Shown: positions 1 to 11,624, counted from the first letter of the stretch. The stretch: 32,000 nt of DNA from Raphidiopsis brookii D9 (GCA_000175855.1 ACYB01000011.1:30001-62000), one strand, 5' to 3'. Translations and numbers: made by a program. The notes: a model not told the origin generated them from the sequence alone.

Positions 1-664
1 TGTGCAAATTGCGACCTTCAGTGGTTGAACCGGGTAGATCTCTGCCATAAGCATCAATATTTTGACCCAAAAGAGTGATTTCTCGATAACCCTGTTGACC
101 CAGAATTTCCATTTCTCCACGAATAGCTTCGGGGGTACGAGACTGCTCCACACCCCGGACATTAGGGACTACACAATAGGTACAACGTTCATTACAACCA
201 TAAATTACGTTCACCCAAGCAGTTACCCGACTATCACGACGGGGCTGGGTAATATCCTCTAAAATGTGTACCTCTTCTGTAGCTACCACTTGATTGCCCG
301 CAAAAACCGAATCCAATAAATCCTGCAAGCGGTTAGCATATTGGGGACCCATAACTAAATCTAATTCTGGCACTCGTCGCAACAAAGCCTGACCTTCTTG
401 TTGTGCCACGCAACCAGCAACAACTAGAGTCAAATCCGGTTCTTGGTGTTTACGTTTGGCCTGTCTACCCAAATAAGAGTAAACTTTTTGTTCTGCATTG
501 TCCCGAATAGTGCAAGTATTATAGACAATCAGATTAGCATTCTGAGGATTTTCTGACCATTCAAAGCCCATATCTTCCAGTATACCAGCCATGCGCTCTG
601 AGTCAGCTTTATTCATTTGGCAACCGAATGTGGTAATGTGATAACGACGAGGTAAACCATTCAT
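1..664 (-). CDS. miaB: tRNA-2-methylthio-N6-dimethylallyladenosine synthase MiaB, N-terminal part, truncated by window edge
   Basis: Reverse-strand translation from ATG (664..662) reads [27 protein letters not shown]...[26 protein letters not shown]; MTTase N-domain plus radical SAM CxxxCxxC motif. Not in the ORF track because it runs off the window. Confidence 0.93.
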   Translation of the reverse strand, partial: MNGLPRRYHITTFGCQMNKADSERMAGILEDMGFEWSENPQNANLIVYNTCTIRDNAEQKVYSYLGRQAKRKHQEPDLTLVVAGCVAQQEGQALLRRVPELDLVMGPQYANRLQDLLDSVFAGNQVVATEEVHILEDITQPRRDSRVTAWVNVIYGCNERCTYCVVPNVRGVEQSRTPEAIRGEMEILGQQGYREITLLGQNIDAYGRDLPGSTTEGRNLH

Positions 665-1286
665 AGTAAATTACGCTTAATCAATTTTACTTACTTTACT
701 TACTTTATAGTAGCGAGGAATTAGCAATTAACTTAATATAACCCAATTATTTAGAATGAGGTATTAGCCTGTAAATCAATCTTTCTTTATCACATATATG
801 ATATATTAGTCAATATATCCTAGGGTAGATATTAACTATGTCTTAGGGTAGATGAGAGAGAGAGGAAAACGTTATATCTTCTACATGAGATATAACTAAA
901 GTCTATTCATGGGAATACTCTAGTCAAAGCTGGGTTGTTTTAACAATTGCAGTCAATCAATTATCAAACTCCTTGCTTGCAAAAAACATTAATGACTTCA
1001 AAATACCTCTAAAAGGTCTCTACCTACATAGAAACTGATTAGGGGTATTTTTATTGATAATGATTTAACGAGTTTATTTAAAAGTATGTGGTATCCTAAT
1101 TCAAGATTAATTAATACAATAATCGTCACTTGTCATCAACCAATCATATAAAATATTAAAATAGAAGATAAATCCTTTTGCTATTATAGCTTTAGTCAGA
1201 ATGCTGGGTAAAAGTGAGAGCAGGCGTTTTGACTCATTTTGGGGCTATAAAGCCAAAACAGTTAAGTAGGTTATCAAGCGAATCGC

Positions 1287-3307
1287 ATGAAAAGTAAACA
1301 GAAAAAAGCCAATCAAATACTAACAGGCGTTGCCATACTCAGCATAGTCTTTTCGCCCAGTTTTGTCCTAGCAACCCCACCGCGAAATCCAGACAAAATC
1401 GTTAACTGTGAAATTCTCATTGTAGGTGGTGGACTTTCAGGAATTGCCACAGCTTACGAAAGTTTACTAACAGGGAACACAGTTTGTTTAACTGAAATAA
1501 CTGACTGGTTAGGGGGACAAATTTCCGCCCAGGGTACATCAGCACTAGATGAAAGACCAACCCAACGGATCAAAAGATTTTACTCTCGCGGGTATTTAGA
1601 ATTAAGAGACCGGATTGCCAAAAAATATGGGACAATTAACCCTGGTGACTGTTGGGTAAGCGACTCTTGTTTTCTCCCCGGGGATGGTCATAGGATTCTT
1701 TACCAAATGTTGCAAGATGCACAAAACAAAGGAAGAGGAAAATTACACTTTTTTCCCAATACCGTGGTTAAAGATCTAGAGATTTCTCAAAATGGTAAGA
1801 TCATTAACAGCGCGATCGCAATTCAACATCAACCAGCGAAAAATGCACCACCGCTGAATACATTCCCCCTATCTCAGACCATAGAGGATTCTTACAGTTA
1901 TAAAAACTCATCCAGCTTGGATAAAACCATTATCCGTTTTGTTCCCAAAACATCCCCAAAAACCAAACAATGGTATATTGTGGATGCTACTGAAACTGGG
2001 GAAATTATTGCTCTAGCAGATGTACCCTATCGTCTGGGAGTGGATCCCATTTCCTATCTGGAACCTTCATCTTCCAGTACCACAGGGGATCCCTATTGTA
2101 CGCAAGGTTTTACCTACACCTTTGCCATGGAGGCCACAAAAGAGCCACAAAACCAAACCATGCCAGCATTTTATCCCCAATATGCTCCCTATTTTAGCTA
2201 TGAACTACCTAGATTAGCCAACTTTGATTTAGTTTTCACCTATCGTCGTATTTGGAGTCCCCAAACAGGTCCATGGAGTACATTTGGTGGAATTAATTTT
2301 ACCACTCCCACTCCTGGAGATATATCCATGCAGAACTGGACTTGGGGTAATGACTACCGTCCAGGAACAGCGCAGGATAATTTAATTTATACTCGCCAAC
2401 AGTTAGAAGCCACAGGTCAATTGAACCCAGGTGGATGGATAGGAGGAATGAGAACGGAAACTCTCCGCAAAGGAGAGGAAAATGCCTTTGCTTATTATTA
2501 CTGGCTAGTAGCGGGAAATACGGACAGTTTACTGGGTGAAAACATCAAACAACCCCAACCAAATCACATTTTATTAACTGGTTTCAATTCACCCATGGGA
2601 ACTGGACATGGTTTATCAAAATATCCTTATATGAGGGAGGGAAGACGAATTATTGGTCGTCCTAGTTGGGGACAACCGCAAGGGTTTGGTATTTGGGAAG
2701 TGGATATTTCTCGTCGCAATTACAATGATGAATATTACCGCAAAACCCTGTCATCAGATATGTATCGTCAGTTGAAAGCAACCCTTGCAGGGTTAGAAGC
2801 AATTTCTGTGATTACAGGTAAACTACCATCAGATAGGATAGTAAATCGTAGTCGCTCCACAATTTTTCCAGATTCAGTAGGTATTGGACATTATGCTATA
2901 GATTTTCATCCTTGTATGGATAAAAGTCCACCAGAAGCACCAGGTAATATAGAACGTCCTGGAGAAAGAAGGGGTGCTGGTTATGCTTATCCTTTTCAAA
3001 TTGCACTGCGAGCAATGATTCCTCAAAAAATTGATAATTTAATAGTTGGGGTAAAAGTATTGCTACTAGTCACATCGCTGCTGCTGCTTATCGAGTCCAT
3101 TCTTTTGAATGGTCATCCGGTGCTGCTGCTGGGACTATAGCAAGTTTTGCACTTAGGGAAAGTATATTTCCTTATGAGTTGGTTGATAATTTACCGAGGT
3201 TTGAACCTAAGTTACAGATGCTCAGGAAAATTCTCGACCGGAATGGAAATCCAACTGCTTTTCCTGATACTTCGATTTTTAATCAAAGTTGGGAAGATTG
3301 GAGATAG
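1287..3307 (+). CDS. FAD-dependent oxidoreductase with N-terminal signal/TM segment; C-terminal part displaced by an apparent 1-nt frameshift at 3048-3051
   Basis: N-terminal hydrophobic segment followed by dinucleotide-binding motif EILIVGGGLSGIATAYE. ORF track ends at 3140, but the conserved-looking C-terminus continues in another frame to a stop at 3305-3307 (GKSIATSHIAAAAYRVHSFEWSSGAAAGTIASFALRE...SIFNQSWEDWR). Confidence 0.82.
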
Positions 3308-3318
3308 GTGGTTCAGAT

Positions 3319-5736
3319 TCACTCACCGTGGATTAATTGCTGAAATCTGGTGTCATTGTTAATGTCATCAAAGTCTATATCACCCGCAGCGTCTTCCCTA
3401 TAACTGGGTTTATGTTTAATGGCTTGTTGCAAATTTACCAGAGCTAATTCTACATTCTTTTGTAGTGCATAACAGGCTGATTTATGATATAGAGCGCTAC
3501 CGTAGTCTGGATTCAGTTCCAGCGCTTTGTTAAAGTTAGTAATTGCTTCCTCGTCTCTTCCTAATCTGACTAGTGTGTAACCTCTTTTATCCCAAATTTT
3601 AAAGGAACTGGGTTGGATTTCTAGTGCTTTATCAAAGGAAGATATGGCCTCCTCGTAATTTTCTAATTCCACCAGGGATAAACCACGATTCAACCAAGCA
3701 ACACTCTCTTCCGGTTTGATTTCTGTGGCTTTATTAAAACAATTAAAAGCTTCTTGGTGTTTACCTAGTTTACCACAGGTAATACCAATATCGAACCATC
3801 CTTGGTAGTGTGCTGGATTAATTCTAATTACTTGATTATAGGCTCCAATAGCTTCTTTGTATCTTTTTAGTTTATTGAGGATAAAACCACGTTTTAACCA
3901 GTATTCTCCATGATCAGGTTGAATACTGGTAATTTTTTCATAAATGGACAAAGCATCTTCATAACGGTTTTGTGAAAGCAGCTCTTCTGCTTCTTGAATT
4001 TCATGATCAAGATGATTATCAAGATTATTAACAGTCTGAACATCAATAGTATTAGTAGTGTTAGTTTCAGTCTCCACTGATGATAGTGGTGATATATGCT
4101 TTACGGGAGTTTGGGGAGTCATTTGTGATAATTCTTTTAAGGTCTCATACTGGCGGTTTTCCGCATCCAGTTGCAATTTTTTCAGTTGTTCAACAAATTG
4201 AGATTCTAACTTTTCTAGTTTTGCCAGTCGTGCTATCAAAGTTGCTTTTTGATGATCGACATCAGTTTTAATATCTGATTTCATAACTGACAGTTCAGAC
4301 ATAAACTCTGAGATTAACTGCTCAACGGAATTTTGTGAGGTTTGAAAGAATTTGCGGTGACGTTGCTCAATAGAGTTCTGTAAATCACCAATTTGCTTCT
4401 GGAACCCTAAACCCAAAACTTGTAGATTTTCCAATAGATCAGTTTTTTGTTCCTCTACATCATTGTGAAGGTTGGAAAGCATTTGCTCAACTTCATCAAC
4501 GGATTTTTGCCAATTCTCAATTATTTCTCTTTGACGACTTTCAGTAGTATTCCTTAGTTCTAGCAAGTAGCGAGAAAATTCCGACTGTGATTTTGCTAAA
4601 TCTTTAAAAATATGATCTTTTTGTTTTTGAGTATCAGTTTGTAAATCGATTAATTGTAATGCACTAGTTTGATTTAGATCTGACAAACTGGAGGTAAAGC
4701 TATCTATTTGATTTTGAGCATAGGTTTGAAACTCGGATAGATTACTGGTAAAACCATCCATTTGATTTTGAGCATGGGTTTGAAACTCAGATAGATTACT
4801 GGTAAAACCATCCATTTGATTTTGAGCATGGGTTTGAAACCCAGATAGATTACTGGTAAAACCATCCATTTGTTCCTGAGCGTGGGTTTGAAACTCGGAT
4901 AGATTACTGGTAAACTGTGAAGCGTGTTCAGTGATACTTTGCACAACCTGGGTTTTGCTTTCTAGAGTTTCCAATGCCAAAATCTCAAACTGCTCCATTA
5001 ACTCAGAACGGTACTTATTAATATCACTAACACTTGTATCCCGATGGTTTTCTATAGATAATTTTATTTCCGAGAACTGAGCAAATAACTCCGATTCTAG
5101 TTTTTTGATATTCTCAATAGTTACCCTTTGCTGTTGCGCAGCAAGAGTCACCTGCTCCAATTGAGTATTCAACTTAAATTCCAAACTACTAATATTCTCC
5201 TGAGCAGCTATTACCTCTCTTTCCAAAGCAGTCAAAAATTCCTGCTTCGACTTGGGCAAATCAGATAACAATACAGATAGTTTCCCCCCCTCACCCTCAA
5301 TTGTGGTTTTCAGGTGATTCACCTTTTGTTCTAACTCTAAGGCTAAATCTTGTGAATACTCAATCAAGCCAGTTGTCTTTTGATTAGCAGCAATTAGCTC
5401 CGTCTGCAAGTTTTCTATATTCCCAATTTGTCTCATTGCTCGCTCAACAATATCCCTAATTATAGCCTTTCTCAAAAACCATAGAGTGGCTATTAAACCC
5501 ACCGCAAACAAACTGAGCAATGTCAACCAAATACTCAAATACGACTGTAGTTGCTTCTGAATCTTTGTTTCTGTCCTAAGTCTACTTAATTCTTCCTTTT
5601 CCGCATTTGACAGTAACTGAGCATTTGCAGACAATTCCAAACCTCTAATAGTCAAACCATTACATATCAACAAAGATGACAATAGAATTAAGCTTTTTAA
5701 TGTTAGTCCGGAAAAAGTGAAGTTTTTGCTGTTCAT
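3319..5736 (-). CDS. Membrane-anchored coiled-coil protein with C-terminal TPR repeats
   Basis: Hydrophobic N-terminal region and TM (LTLLSLFAVGLIATLWFL), long Gln/Glu-rich coiled coil, then several 34-residue TPR units (e.g. AWLNRGLSLVELENYEEAISSFDKALEIQPSS). Start could be 5763 or 5736. Confidence 0.8.
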   Translation of the reverse strand: MNSKNFTFSGLTLKSLILLSSLLICNGLTIRGLELSANAQLLSNAEKEELSRLRTETKIQKQLQSYLSIWLTLLSLFAVGLIATLWFLRKAIIRDIVERAMRQIGNIENLQTELIAANQKTTGLIEYSQDLALELEQKVNHLKTTIEGEGGKLSVLLSDLPKSKQEFLTALEREVIAAQENISSLEFKLNTQLEQVTLAAQQQRVTIENIKKLESELFAQFSEIKLSIENHRDTSVSDINKYRSELMEQFEILALETLESKTQVVQSITEHASQFTSNLSEFQTHAQEQMDGFTSNLSGFQTHAQNQMDGFTSNLSEFQTHAQNQMDGFTSNLSEFQTYAQNQIDSFTSSLSDLNQTSALQLIDLQTDTQKQKDHIFKDLAKSQSEFSRYLLELRNTTESRQREIIENWQKSVDEVEQMLSNLHNDVEEQKTDLLENLQVLGLGFQKQIGDLQNSIEQRHRKFFQTSQNSVEQLISEFMSELSVMKSDIKTDVDHQKATLIARLAKLEKLESQFVEQLKKLQLDAENRQYETLKELSQMTPQTPVKHISPLSSVETETNTTNTIDVQTVNNLDNHLDHEIQEAEELLSQNRYEDALSIYEKITSIQPDHGEYWLKRGFILNKLKRYKEAIGAYNQVIRINPAHYQGWFDIGITCGKLGKHQEAFNCFNKATEIKPEESVAWLNRGLSLVELENYEEAISSFDKALEIQPSSFKIWDKRGYTLVRLGRDEEAITNFNKALELNPDYGSALYHKSACYALQKNVELALVNLQQAIKHKPSYREDAAGDIDFDDINNDTRFQQLIHGE
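4687..4914 (-). repeat. 54-bp in-frame tandem repeat, about 4 units, encoding FTSNLS(E/G)FQTHAQNQMDG
   Basis: The string attactggta recurs at 4741, 4795, 4849 and 4903, exactly 54 nt apart, with near-identical intervening sequence. Confidence 0.95.
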
Positions 5737-5856
5737 GATTTCCCTATAATTATTGCTCTCCAATTGACGGCTAAAATCCTCAAATCAACCCCGTTTCCCA
5801 ACATTGAATTACACTGGAGAGTCGAAGTGTTTTTTTCAACCGTAGGTTTTTGATTT

Positions 5857-6180
5857 ATGAAAACAAGACCATCTCCCATTTATGCAATGGCCCCAGCTCC
5901 CACGGTCACCCCTGACCAAGGAACTCAAGTAATTCGCAAACCCTATCCCAATTATAAGATCATTGTGTTAAATGATGATTTTAATACATTTGAGCATGTG
6001 GCTAAATCTTTAATGAAGTATATTCCGGGAATGACAACTGAACAAGCTTGGGAGCTGACTAACCAGGTACACTATGAGGGACAAGCTATTGTTTGGGTAG
6101 GACCTCAAGAACAAGCAGAACTATACCACCAACAGCTGCGTCGCGCTGGATTGACCATGGCCCCCCTGGAAGCAGCTTAG
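5857..6180 (+). CDS. clpS: ATP-dependent Clp protease adaptor protein ClpS
   Basis: YKIIVLNDDFNTFEHVAKSLMKYIPGMTTEQAWELTNQVHYEGQAIVWVGPQEQAELYHQQLRRAGLTMAPLE is the ClpS core. Confidence 0.93.
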   Translation: MKTRPSPIYAMAPAPTVTPDQGTQVIRKPYPNYKIIVLNDDFNTFEHVAKSLMKYIPGMTTEQAWELTNQVHYEGQAIVWVGPQEQAELYHQQLRRAGLTMAPLEAA

Positions 6181-6185
6181 GTAAT

Positions 6186-6482
6186 ATGAGTAAACTAACA
6201 GATGGTAGACTTGTCTGGAATCATTCTACCCATATCCCCGGACTTATTCCTATTTTAGAACGATTGTGTCAACAAAATGGCATTACTACTGTGACGCCAG
6301 CAGTAATTGGCAGGGTTAGAGGACACGCTCCTAAAATGCAGTTGCGTGTCTCAGTACCAATTCGCGGTGGTTATAAGGTAATTGCACGCCAGGGTAAAAC
6401 CGTACAGGAAGTGTTTATTGTTACCAGTTTACCACAGGAAGAATTGGAAAATGCGATCGCGATCGCTATGAAAACTGCATGA
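6186..6482 (+). CDS. DUF2103 family protein
   Basis: ATG at 6186, 5 nt after clpS; MSKLTDGRLVWNHSTHIPGLIPILERLCQQNGITTVTPAVIGRVRGHAPKMQLRVSVPIRGGYKVIARQGKTVQEVFIVT. The track start at 6093 overlaps clpS and is less likely. Confidence 0.75.
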   Translation: MSKLTDGRLVWNHSTHIPGLIPILERLCQQNGITTVTPAVIGRVRGHAPKMQLRVSVPIRGGYKVIARQGKTVQEVFIVTSLPQEELENAIAIAMKTA

Positions 6483-6497
6483 GGACTAAACATCACG

Positions 6498-6520
6498 AGA
6501 GGAGTGCTGGGAACTCCTCT
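6498..6520 (+). terminator. Candidate terminator hairpin after clpS-DUF2103
   Basis: Perfect 8-bp inverted repeat AGAGGAGT-gctggga-ACTCCTCT; T-tract after it is weak. Confidence 0.45.
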
Positions 6521-6552
6521 TTATGATCCTTATGATAGCTTTATAGTAGCTT

Positions 6553-6879
6553 TCAATCAATTTCAACTTTATGGACGGCGAACTTATATAGTGGTAGACT
6601 CAAGATGCAAGAGAAAGTTAAAAAATATGCCAAGGCCGTAGTGATTTTTAGGGTCATTGCTAAACCTTCCCATTCTGAGCTTATGAGAATTTTTTCACAG
6701 GTGAAGGCAATACAATAAACTAACCAGTAGGTAAAGCTCATTCTTAAGAGAACTGCTTCGGTTACCTCGTTTTCATCTGTTTGCTGTTGACTGTTCCTAA
6801 GCAACCATAACCCCATAATACAAGCTATAAAGGAAAGGGCAATGACAAATTGGTGGCAAAAGACATTTGCTAGACACAT
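6553..6879 (-). CDS. Hypothetical small membrane protein
   Basis: 108-aa ORF with three hydrophobic segments; no recognised family. Confidence 0.35.
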   Translation of the reverse strand: MCLANVFCHQFVIALSFIACIMGLWLLRNSQQQTDENEVTEAVLLRMSFTYWLVYCIAFTCEKILISSEWEGLAMTLKITTALAYFLTFSCILSLPLYKFAVHKVEID

Positions 6880-6982
6880 TTACCTTTGTTCCTATTTCAA
6901 TCATATTCATACCCGCATTAGTCTAAGGTCATATTCCTGGGGATGACACAAAATAGTAACAAACTGAAATATTTTCCACTTA

Positions 6983-7429
6983 TCATTCACGCGGGTATTC
7001 CCGGTCCAAGATTTGCTCAGGTGTATAAGGGCATTTTTCTGGTAGGTCTAGGTAGTCTAGTGGAGTTTCCCTCACAACTAAATCCTTGCCAGATTCATAC
7101 CCATCAGCAATTAACTCGAATAAGTAAGGTTTAAGACTAGGGTTTTGACTAAGCAGTTTTTGTACAATGCGTCTTTGTTCGCGAATAGTTGCCCTCCAAC
7201 TTTTACTGCGTTTTTCAGCTTGGTACTCCCACTTGAGTAAATGACCCATTAAGATGGCTAGGCGATTTTCTAACTCCCGACGTTCTTGCTTCCCCAATGA
7301 CTCAATTTCCTCTACTAGGTTAATAATATCCAATTGTGGAAAATCGCCTTGTTTAAGTAACCTGGACTGTTTTAGGGTCCACTCGTAAAAGTCGGTTTCA
7401 TAGAGATTGAATCCCATCCTACCCTCCAC
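6983..7429 (-). CDS. DUF29 family protein
   Basis: YETDFYEWTLKQSRLLKQGDFPQLDIINLVEEIESLGKQERRELENRLAILMGHLLKWEYQAEKRSKSWRATIREQR is typical of DUF29. Confidence 0.88.
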   Translation of the reverse strand: MEGRMGFNLYETDFYEWTLKQSRLLKQGDFPQLDIINLVEEIESLGKQERRELENRLAILMGHLLKWEYQAEKRSKSWRATIREQRRIVQKLLSQNPSLKPYLFELIADGYESGKDLVVRETPLDYLDLPEKCPYTPEQILDREYPRE

Positions 7430-7467
7430 AGATCTTTTGGATTTAATTATCTATCCTAATCGCTCAA

Positions 7468-7944
7468 TCAACATTCTTGTTGACACAAGCCAATACTTAT
7501 CCAAGAACTGGAACCATCTTGCCAATACTCTTTTTTCCAAATTGGTGCCTGATGTTTAAGGGTATCTATTGCGTACTGACAAGCAGCAAAGGCTTCACTT
7601 CGGTGGGGAGATCCTATCCCTACTAGGACGCTAACTTCTCCCACTCTCAATTTGCCAATGCGATGATGAATCACTACTCTATTTACATTAGACCATTGAT
7701 GACGAATATGGGCAGCAATTTGGTAAAACACCTGCAAAGCCATAGGTTGGTAAGCCTGATATTCTAATGCTACTACGGGTTTACCATCGGTTTGATTACG
7801 AACAACACCACTCATCAACACAACCGCACCATTGCCCAGGTCTTGAGCAGCAGTATATATTTCTTCTGGTAATAGGGGAGCTAGGGTAATAGCAAAACTG
7901 TCTTCCGCTCTGGGTTTAGTCGGTAAATTAACTAGGGTTTTCAT
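7468..7944 (-). CDS. moaE: Molybdopterin synthase catalytic subunit MoaE
   Basis: GAVVLMSGVVRNQTDGKPVVALEYQAYQPMA...VVIHHRIGKLRVGEVSVLVGIGSPHRSEAFAACQYAIDTLKHQAPIWKKEYWQDG. Confidence 0.92.
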   Translation of the reverse strand: MKTLVNLPTKPRAEDSFAITLAPLLPEEIYTAAQDLGNGAVVLMSGVVRNQTDGKPVVALEYQAYQPMALQVFYQIAAHIRHQWSNVNRVVIHHRIGKLRVGEVSVLVGIGSPHRSEAFAACQYAIDTLKHQAPIWKKEYWQDGSSSWISIGLCQQEC

Positions 7945-8183
7945 ATTTACTTGGGGAATTGGTGTTTTCAGTTTTTATAGCATTATATTTGGATTTTTCC
8001 TCATGGTAGGTAGTTTATCACCTTATCCAGTGTGACAAATGTCAACTTGGATTTTTCTTCCTCGAGGGGGATTAATAATACACTTAAAAATACTACTAAT
8101 TATACAAGTTACTCAATTTTATATAAATATAGTTAGTAAAAACAGAAATTTGGGGTGGATTATTGGTGATTAAAAAAGAAATC

Positions 8184-10094
8184 ATGAATAACGAAATTAT
8201 AAAAGTTTTGTTAATTGATGCTGCTGAGGATGATTATATTTTAACTCGCAGCTGGTTTAGACAATTCCAGCTGACTACCTGTGATTTAGAATGGGTGAAT
8301 AGTTATCAATTGGCTAGGGAATCCATAGCCCAATACCAACATGATATTTATCTGGTGGACTATTATTTAGAGAGCAATAATGGCTTAAAATTATTGCAGG
8401 AGGCCACGGAAAATGGTTGGAACTTTCCATTTATTCTGTTGGCACGTAAAGAGGATATAAAATCAGATATAGAAGTGATAAAAATTGGAGCGGTCGATTA
8501 TCTCGAAAAAGGTCAATTAACAGCCCCCCTGTTAGAAAAATCCATCCGTTATGCGATTGAAAAAAAACAAAAAGATGAGAAAATTCACCAACAGGAAATC
8601 CTACTGGATGGGTCTAATGATGCTATTTTTATAGCTGATTTAGATTATCAGCACATTTTATTTTGGAATAAAGCCGCAGAACGTGTATATGGTTGGTCCG
8701 CAGAAATAGCAATGACAAAACAAATTCATCACTTATTTTCAGCAGAAAAGTTACCTCAACTTTCTCGAGTGCTTAAAGTGCTAACAAGCTATGGAAATTG
8801 GGAAGGAGAATTGACTCAAATTAATAAGTCTCAGCAAGAGGTAATTGTTGCTAGTCGCTGGAAATTAGTAATGACCTTCAACGGTAAACATCAATCTATT
8901 TTAGTAGTTAATACTGACATTACCCAAAAAAAGCAATTGGAGCAGAAATTTCTACGGGTTCAAAGATTAGAAAGTATTGGTACTTTGGCTAGTGGTATTG
9001 CTCATGATTTAAATAATGTTCTCACCCCAATTTTGATGACGGCACAAATCTTGGAAACTCAAGTCAAAGATGAAAAACCTCGCCAACTCATACCTATATT
9101 AATTGCTAATGCTAAACGCGGAGCAAATTTGGTAAAACAAGTGTTATCTTTTGCTAGAGGTATGGAAGGGGAACGAACTATTTTACAAATAAAACACTTG
9201 CTCATAGAAATTCAGAATGTTATTAAAGAAACATTCCCTCAATCTATTATTCTCACCACTGAAATTCCTCAAAGTCTATGGACTGTCTGTGGTGATGCCA
9301 CCCAATTGCATCAAGTTTTAATGAATTTATGTATCAATGCTCGAGATGCTATGCCCAATGGTGGTACTTTAAGTATTAAATCTGAAAATCTATTGATTGA
9401 TGACCATTATATCCAAACACATACCGATTTGAAACCAGGTGCTTATGTGTTGATTAGTATCAAAGATACGGGTGTGGGTATCAAACCAACCCTCATTGAT
9501 CGGATATTTGAACCTTTCTTCACCACTAAGAATGTTGCTCAGGGTACAGGTTTAGGACTTTCCACAGTTTTGGGGATTGTTAAAGCTCATGGTGGTTTTA
9601 TTAATGTTTACAGTCGAGAAAACAAGGGTAGTGAGTTTCAAGTTTATTTACCAGCTCAAGATACAAGTGAAATTATGGACACCACAGAAATATCCCCTCC
9701 TCGTGGTCAGGGAGAAACCATTTTGGTGGTTGATGATGAACCAGCTATTTGTGAAATAACAAAAGCATCACTAGAAAATTATAACTATCGGGTAATGACC
9801 GCTCATGATGGTATTGAAGCGATCGCCTTATATGTGGAACATCGAGATCAGATATCCCTGATTCTAACTGATATAGTTATGCCATCCATGGATGGATTGA
9901 CCAGTATTCGAACTCTCAAGAAAATTAATCCCCATTTAAAAATTATTGCTTTTAGTGGGTTAGCACCCAGTGATAAAATTAATGCAGCTTATAGTATGGG
10001 TGTAGCAGCATTTTTATGTAAACCTTTTACTGCTACCCAATTATTACAAACCATTAGTGCGGTGAATGGAATAAATAATTTTGCCATCAATTAA
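8184..10094 (+). CDS. Hybrid sensor histidine kinase (REC-PAS-HisKA-HATPase_c-REC)
   Basis: N-terminal receiver ([11 protein letters not shown]...YLVDYYLE), PAS region, H-box [15 protein letters not shown] boxes ([29 protein letters not shown]), C-terminal receiver ([12 protein letters not shown]...[14 protein letters not shown]). Confidence 0.92.
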   Translation: MNNEIIKVLLIDAAEDDYILTRSWFRQFQLTTCDLEWVNSYQLARESIAQYQHDIYLVDYYLESNNGLKLLQEATENGWNFPFILLARKEDIKSDIEVIKIGAVDYLEKGQLTAPLLEKSIRYAIEKKQKDEKIHQQEILLDGSNDAIFIADLDYQHILFWNKAAERVYGWSAEIAMTKQIHHLFSAEKLPQLSRVLKVLTSYGNWEGELTQINKSQQEVIVASRWKLVMTFNGKHQSILVVNTDITQKKQLEQKFLRVQRLESIGTLASGIAHDLNNVLTPILMTAQILETQVKDEKPRQLIPILIANAKRGANLVKQVLSFARGMEGERTILQIKHLLIEIQNVIKETFPQSIILTTEIPQSLWTVCGDATQLHQVLMNLCINARDAMPNGGTLSIKSENLLIDDHYIQTHTDLKPGAYVLISIKDTGVGIKPTLIDRIFEPFFTTKNVAQGTGLGLSTVLGIVKAHGGFINVYSRENKGSEFQVYLPAQDTSEIMDTTEISPPRGQGETILVVDDEPAICEITKASLENYNYRVMTAHDGIEAIALYVEHRDQISLILTDIVMPSMDGLTSIRTLKKINPHLKIIAFSGLAPSDKINAAYSMGVAAFLCKPFTATQLLQTISAVNGINNFAIN

Positions 10095-10627
10095 TTGCTG
10101 ATCAACTCCACTGCGTCCCTACCATCAAAATCTTGCAGGTAAACCTTAACAATTTCTTCCTTGGTAGTTGGTAATTTTTTACCGATAAAATCCGGATGAA
10201 TAGGTAATTCTCGGTGACCCCGATCTACTAGAACTGCTAAACGAATTAGTTCCGGTCTACCATATTCATTAACAGCATTGAGAGCTGCGCGAATGGTTCT
10301 ACCTTTAAAAATCACATCATCCACCAAAATCACAGTTTTACCCGTTAAATCAAAAGGTATGTGAGTTTTAGCTGGGGTTCTTGGTCCAATTTTGTCTAGG
10401 TCGTCACGATAGAATGTGATATCCAATGCTCCCACGGAGGCGTTGATACCTTCTAAATTTTCGACTTGACGTGCGAGTAACTTAGCTAGACATACTCCCC
10501 TAGTGTAGATACCTAAAAAAACTAACTGTGATAAATCGCGAGTCTTTTCTACAATTTGAGAAGCCAGACGAATTGAAGTACGACGTAATTCTTCCGATGA
10601 GAGAATCTCAACTACCTTAGTGGACAT
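10091..10627 (-). CDS. pyrR: Bifunctional pyr operon regulator / uracil phosphoribosyltransferase PyrR
   Basis: [73 protein letters not shown]; contains the PRPP-binding motif. Confidence 0.92.
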   Translation of the reverse strand: MSTKVVEILSSEELRRTSIRLASQIVEKTRDLSQLVFLGIYTRGVCLAKLLARQVENLEGINASVGALDITFYRDDLDKIGPRTPAKTHIPFDLTGKTVILVDDVIFKGRTIRAALNAVNEYGRPELIRLAVLVDRGHRELPIHPDFIGKKLPTTKEEIVKVYLQDFDGRDAVELISN

Positions 10628-10646
10628 GATAGGATAGTTAATATAA

Positions 10647-11612
10647 TTAGGTTATAATAATTTTATATGCTACAGTTGTCAAACCTAACCATAGTAAAAA
10701 GGAATATCGAGTTAATTGTAAAGCTCGATAAATGGAAGTAGAAGTAATGGGATAAATAGGATCCCCCAAAAGTGGTTTATATTTGGCTACTCCTTTATAC
10801 CAGTTTAATCCTCCCATCTGGACACCCAAAATGGCAGCGTATGCGCACTCACTCCAACCCGAATTAGGGCTAGGGTCTTGGATGGCATCCCGCTTACAAA
10901 GATGCCAAACACCCAGGGGTTTAAGTGATAAAATAGCCAAGGTGATGACTGTTAAACGACAGGGAATCCAAGTCAAACAGTCTTCTAGTTTAGCACTAAA
11001 CCAACCGATATAGGTATAGGGAGGTTCTCGATAACCAACCATGGAATCTAAAGTGCTACTGGCTTTATACCCTAGGGCCAAAGGAATAGGACCAACACCG
11101 GGAATTAACATGCCAATAATAGCATAAAATAGAGGAGCCATAACCCCATCAGTGGCATTTTCTGTCACGGTTTCTAAAACTGCTCGCAGGATTTCTGACT
11201 CCGACAGATCTGCTGTATCTCTACCCACGTATTGACTCAGAATCTGTCGAGCTTGTGATAATTGGCCATCATTTAAAGGTTTGATAACATCCAAAGCAGC
11301 TTTGGTTAAACTGTGAAGGGCAAAACAACTGGCCAGCAAAATACTGGCAACGGTCATACCTAACCAGGGGTGTAACCAGTGAGTAATATGAACAATCAGC
11401 CACCCAGATACAGCAGCAGCACCAATTGTAGTCAAGGCCAAACCAATACCAGCTACACGCTGGGATAGGGGTCTAGAGAAGTGTTGCCAGGAAAATTGAG
11501 TCCAGCGAGAAATAAACCAACCCATTACCCTAACAGGGTGAGGCCAACCCCAGGGATCACCAATGATGTAATCTAAGAAAGCAGCCATTATTAATATTAT
11601 GATGTAGCTCAT
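10647..11612 (-). CDS. cobD: Adenosylcobinamide-phosphate synthase (CobD/CbiB)
   Basis: [23 protein letters not shown]...[44 protein letters not shown]. Start at internal Met preferred over the track start at 11624. Confidence 0.9.
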   Translation of the reverse strand: MSYIIILIMAAFLDYIIGDPWGWPHPVRVMGWFISRWTQFSWQHFSRPLSQRVAGIGLALTTIGAAAVSGWLIVHITHWLHPWLGMTVASILLASCFALHSLTKAALDVIKPLNDGQLSQARQILSQYVGRDTADLSESEILRAVLETVTENATDGVMAPLFYAIIGMLIPGVGPIPLALGYKASSTLDSMVGYREPPYTYIGWFSAKLEDCLTWIPCRLTVITLAILSLKPLGVWHLCKRDAIQDPSPNSGWSECAYAAILGVQMGGLNWYKGVAKYKPLLGDPIYPITSTSIYRALQLTRYSFLLWLGLTTVAYKIIIT

Positions 11613-11624
11613 ATCCACTTCCAA

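Noticed and set aside
62-262. Plus-strand ORF of 66 aa
   Set aside because: Lies antisense inside the clear miaB coding region.
1001-1050. AAATACC...GGTATTT inverted repeat upstream of the FAD oxidoreductase
   Set aside because: Seven AT-rich base pairs with a 36-nt spacer is expected by chance.
3147-3362. Separate 71-aa ORF after the FAD oxidoreductase
   Set aside because: Wrong frame; the same DNA read in the correct frame is the C-terminus of the frameshifted oxidoreductase.
4704-4946. Repetitive 80-aa ORF (minus strand, alternate frame) rich in VLPVIYPSFKPMLKIKWM
   Set aside because: By-product of the 54-bp repeat read out of frame inside the coiled-coil/TPR gene.
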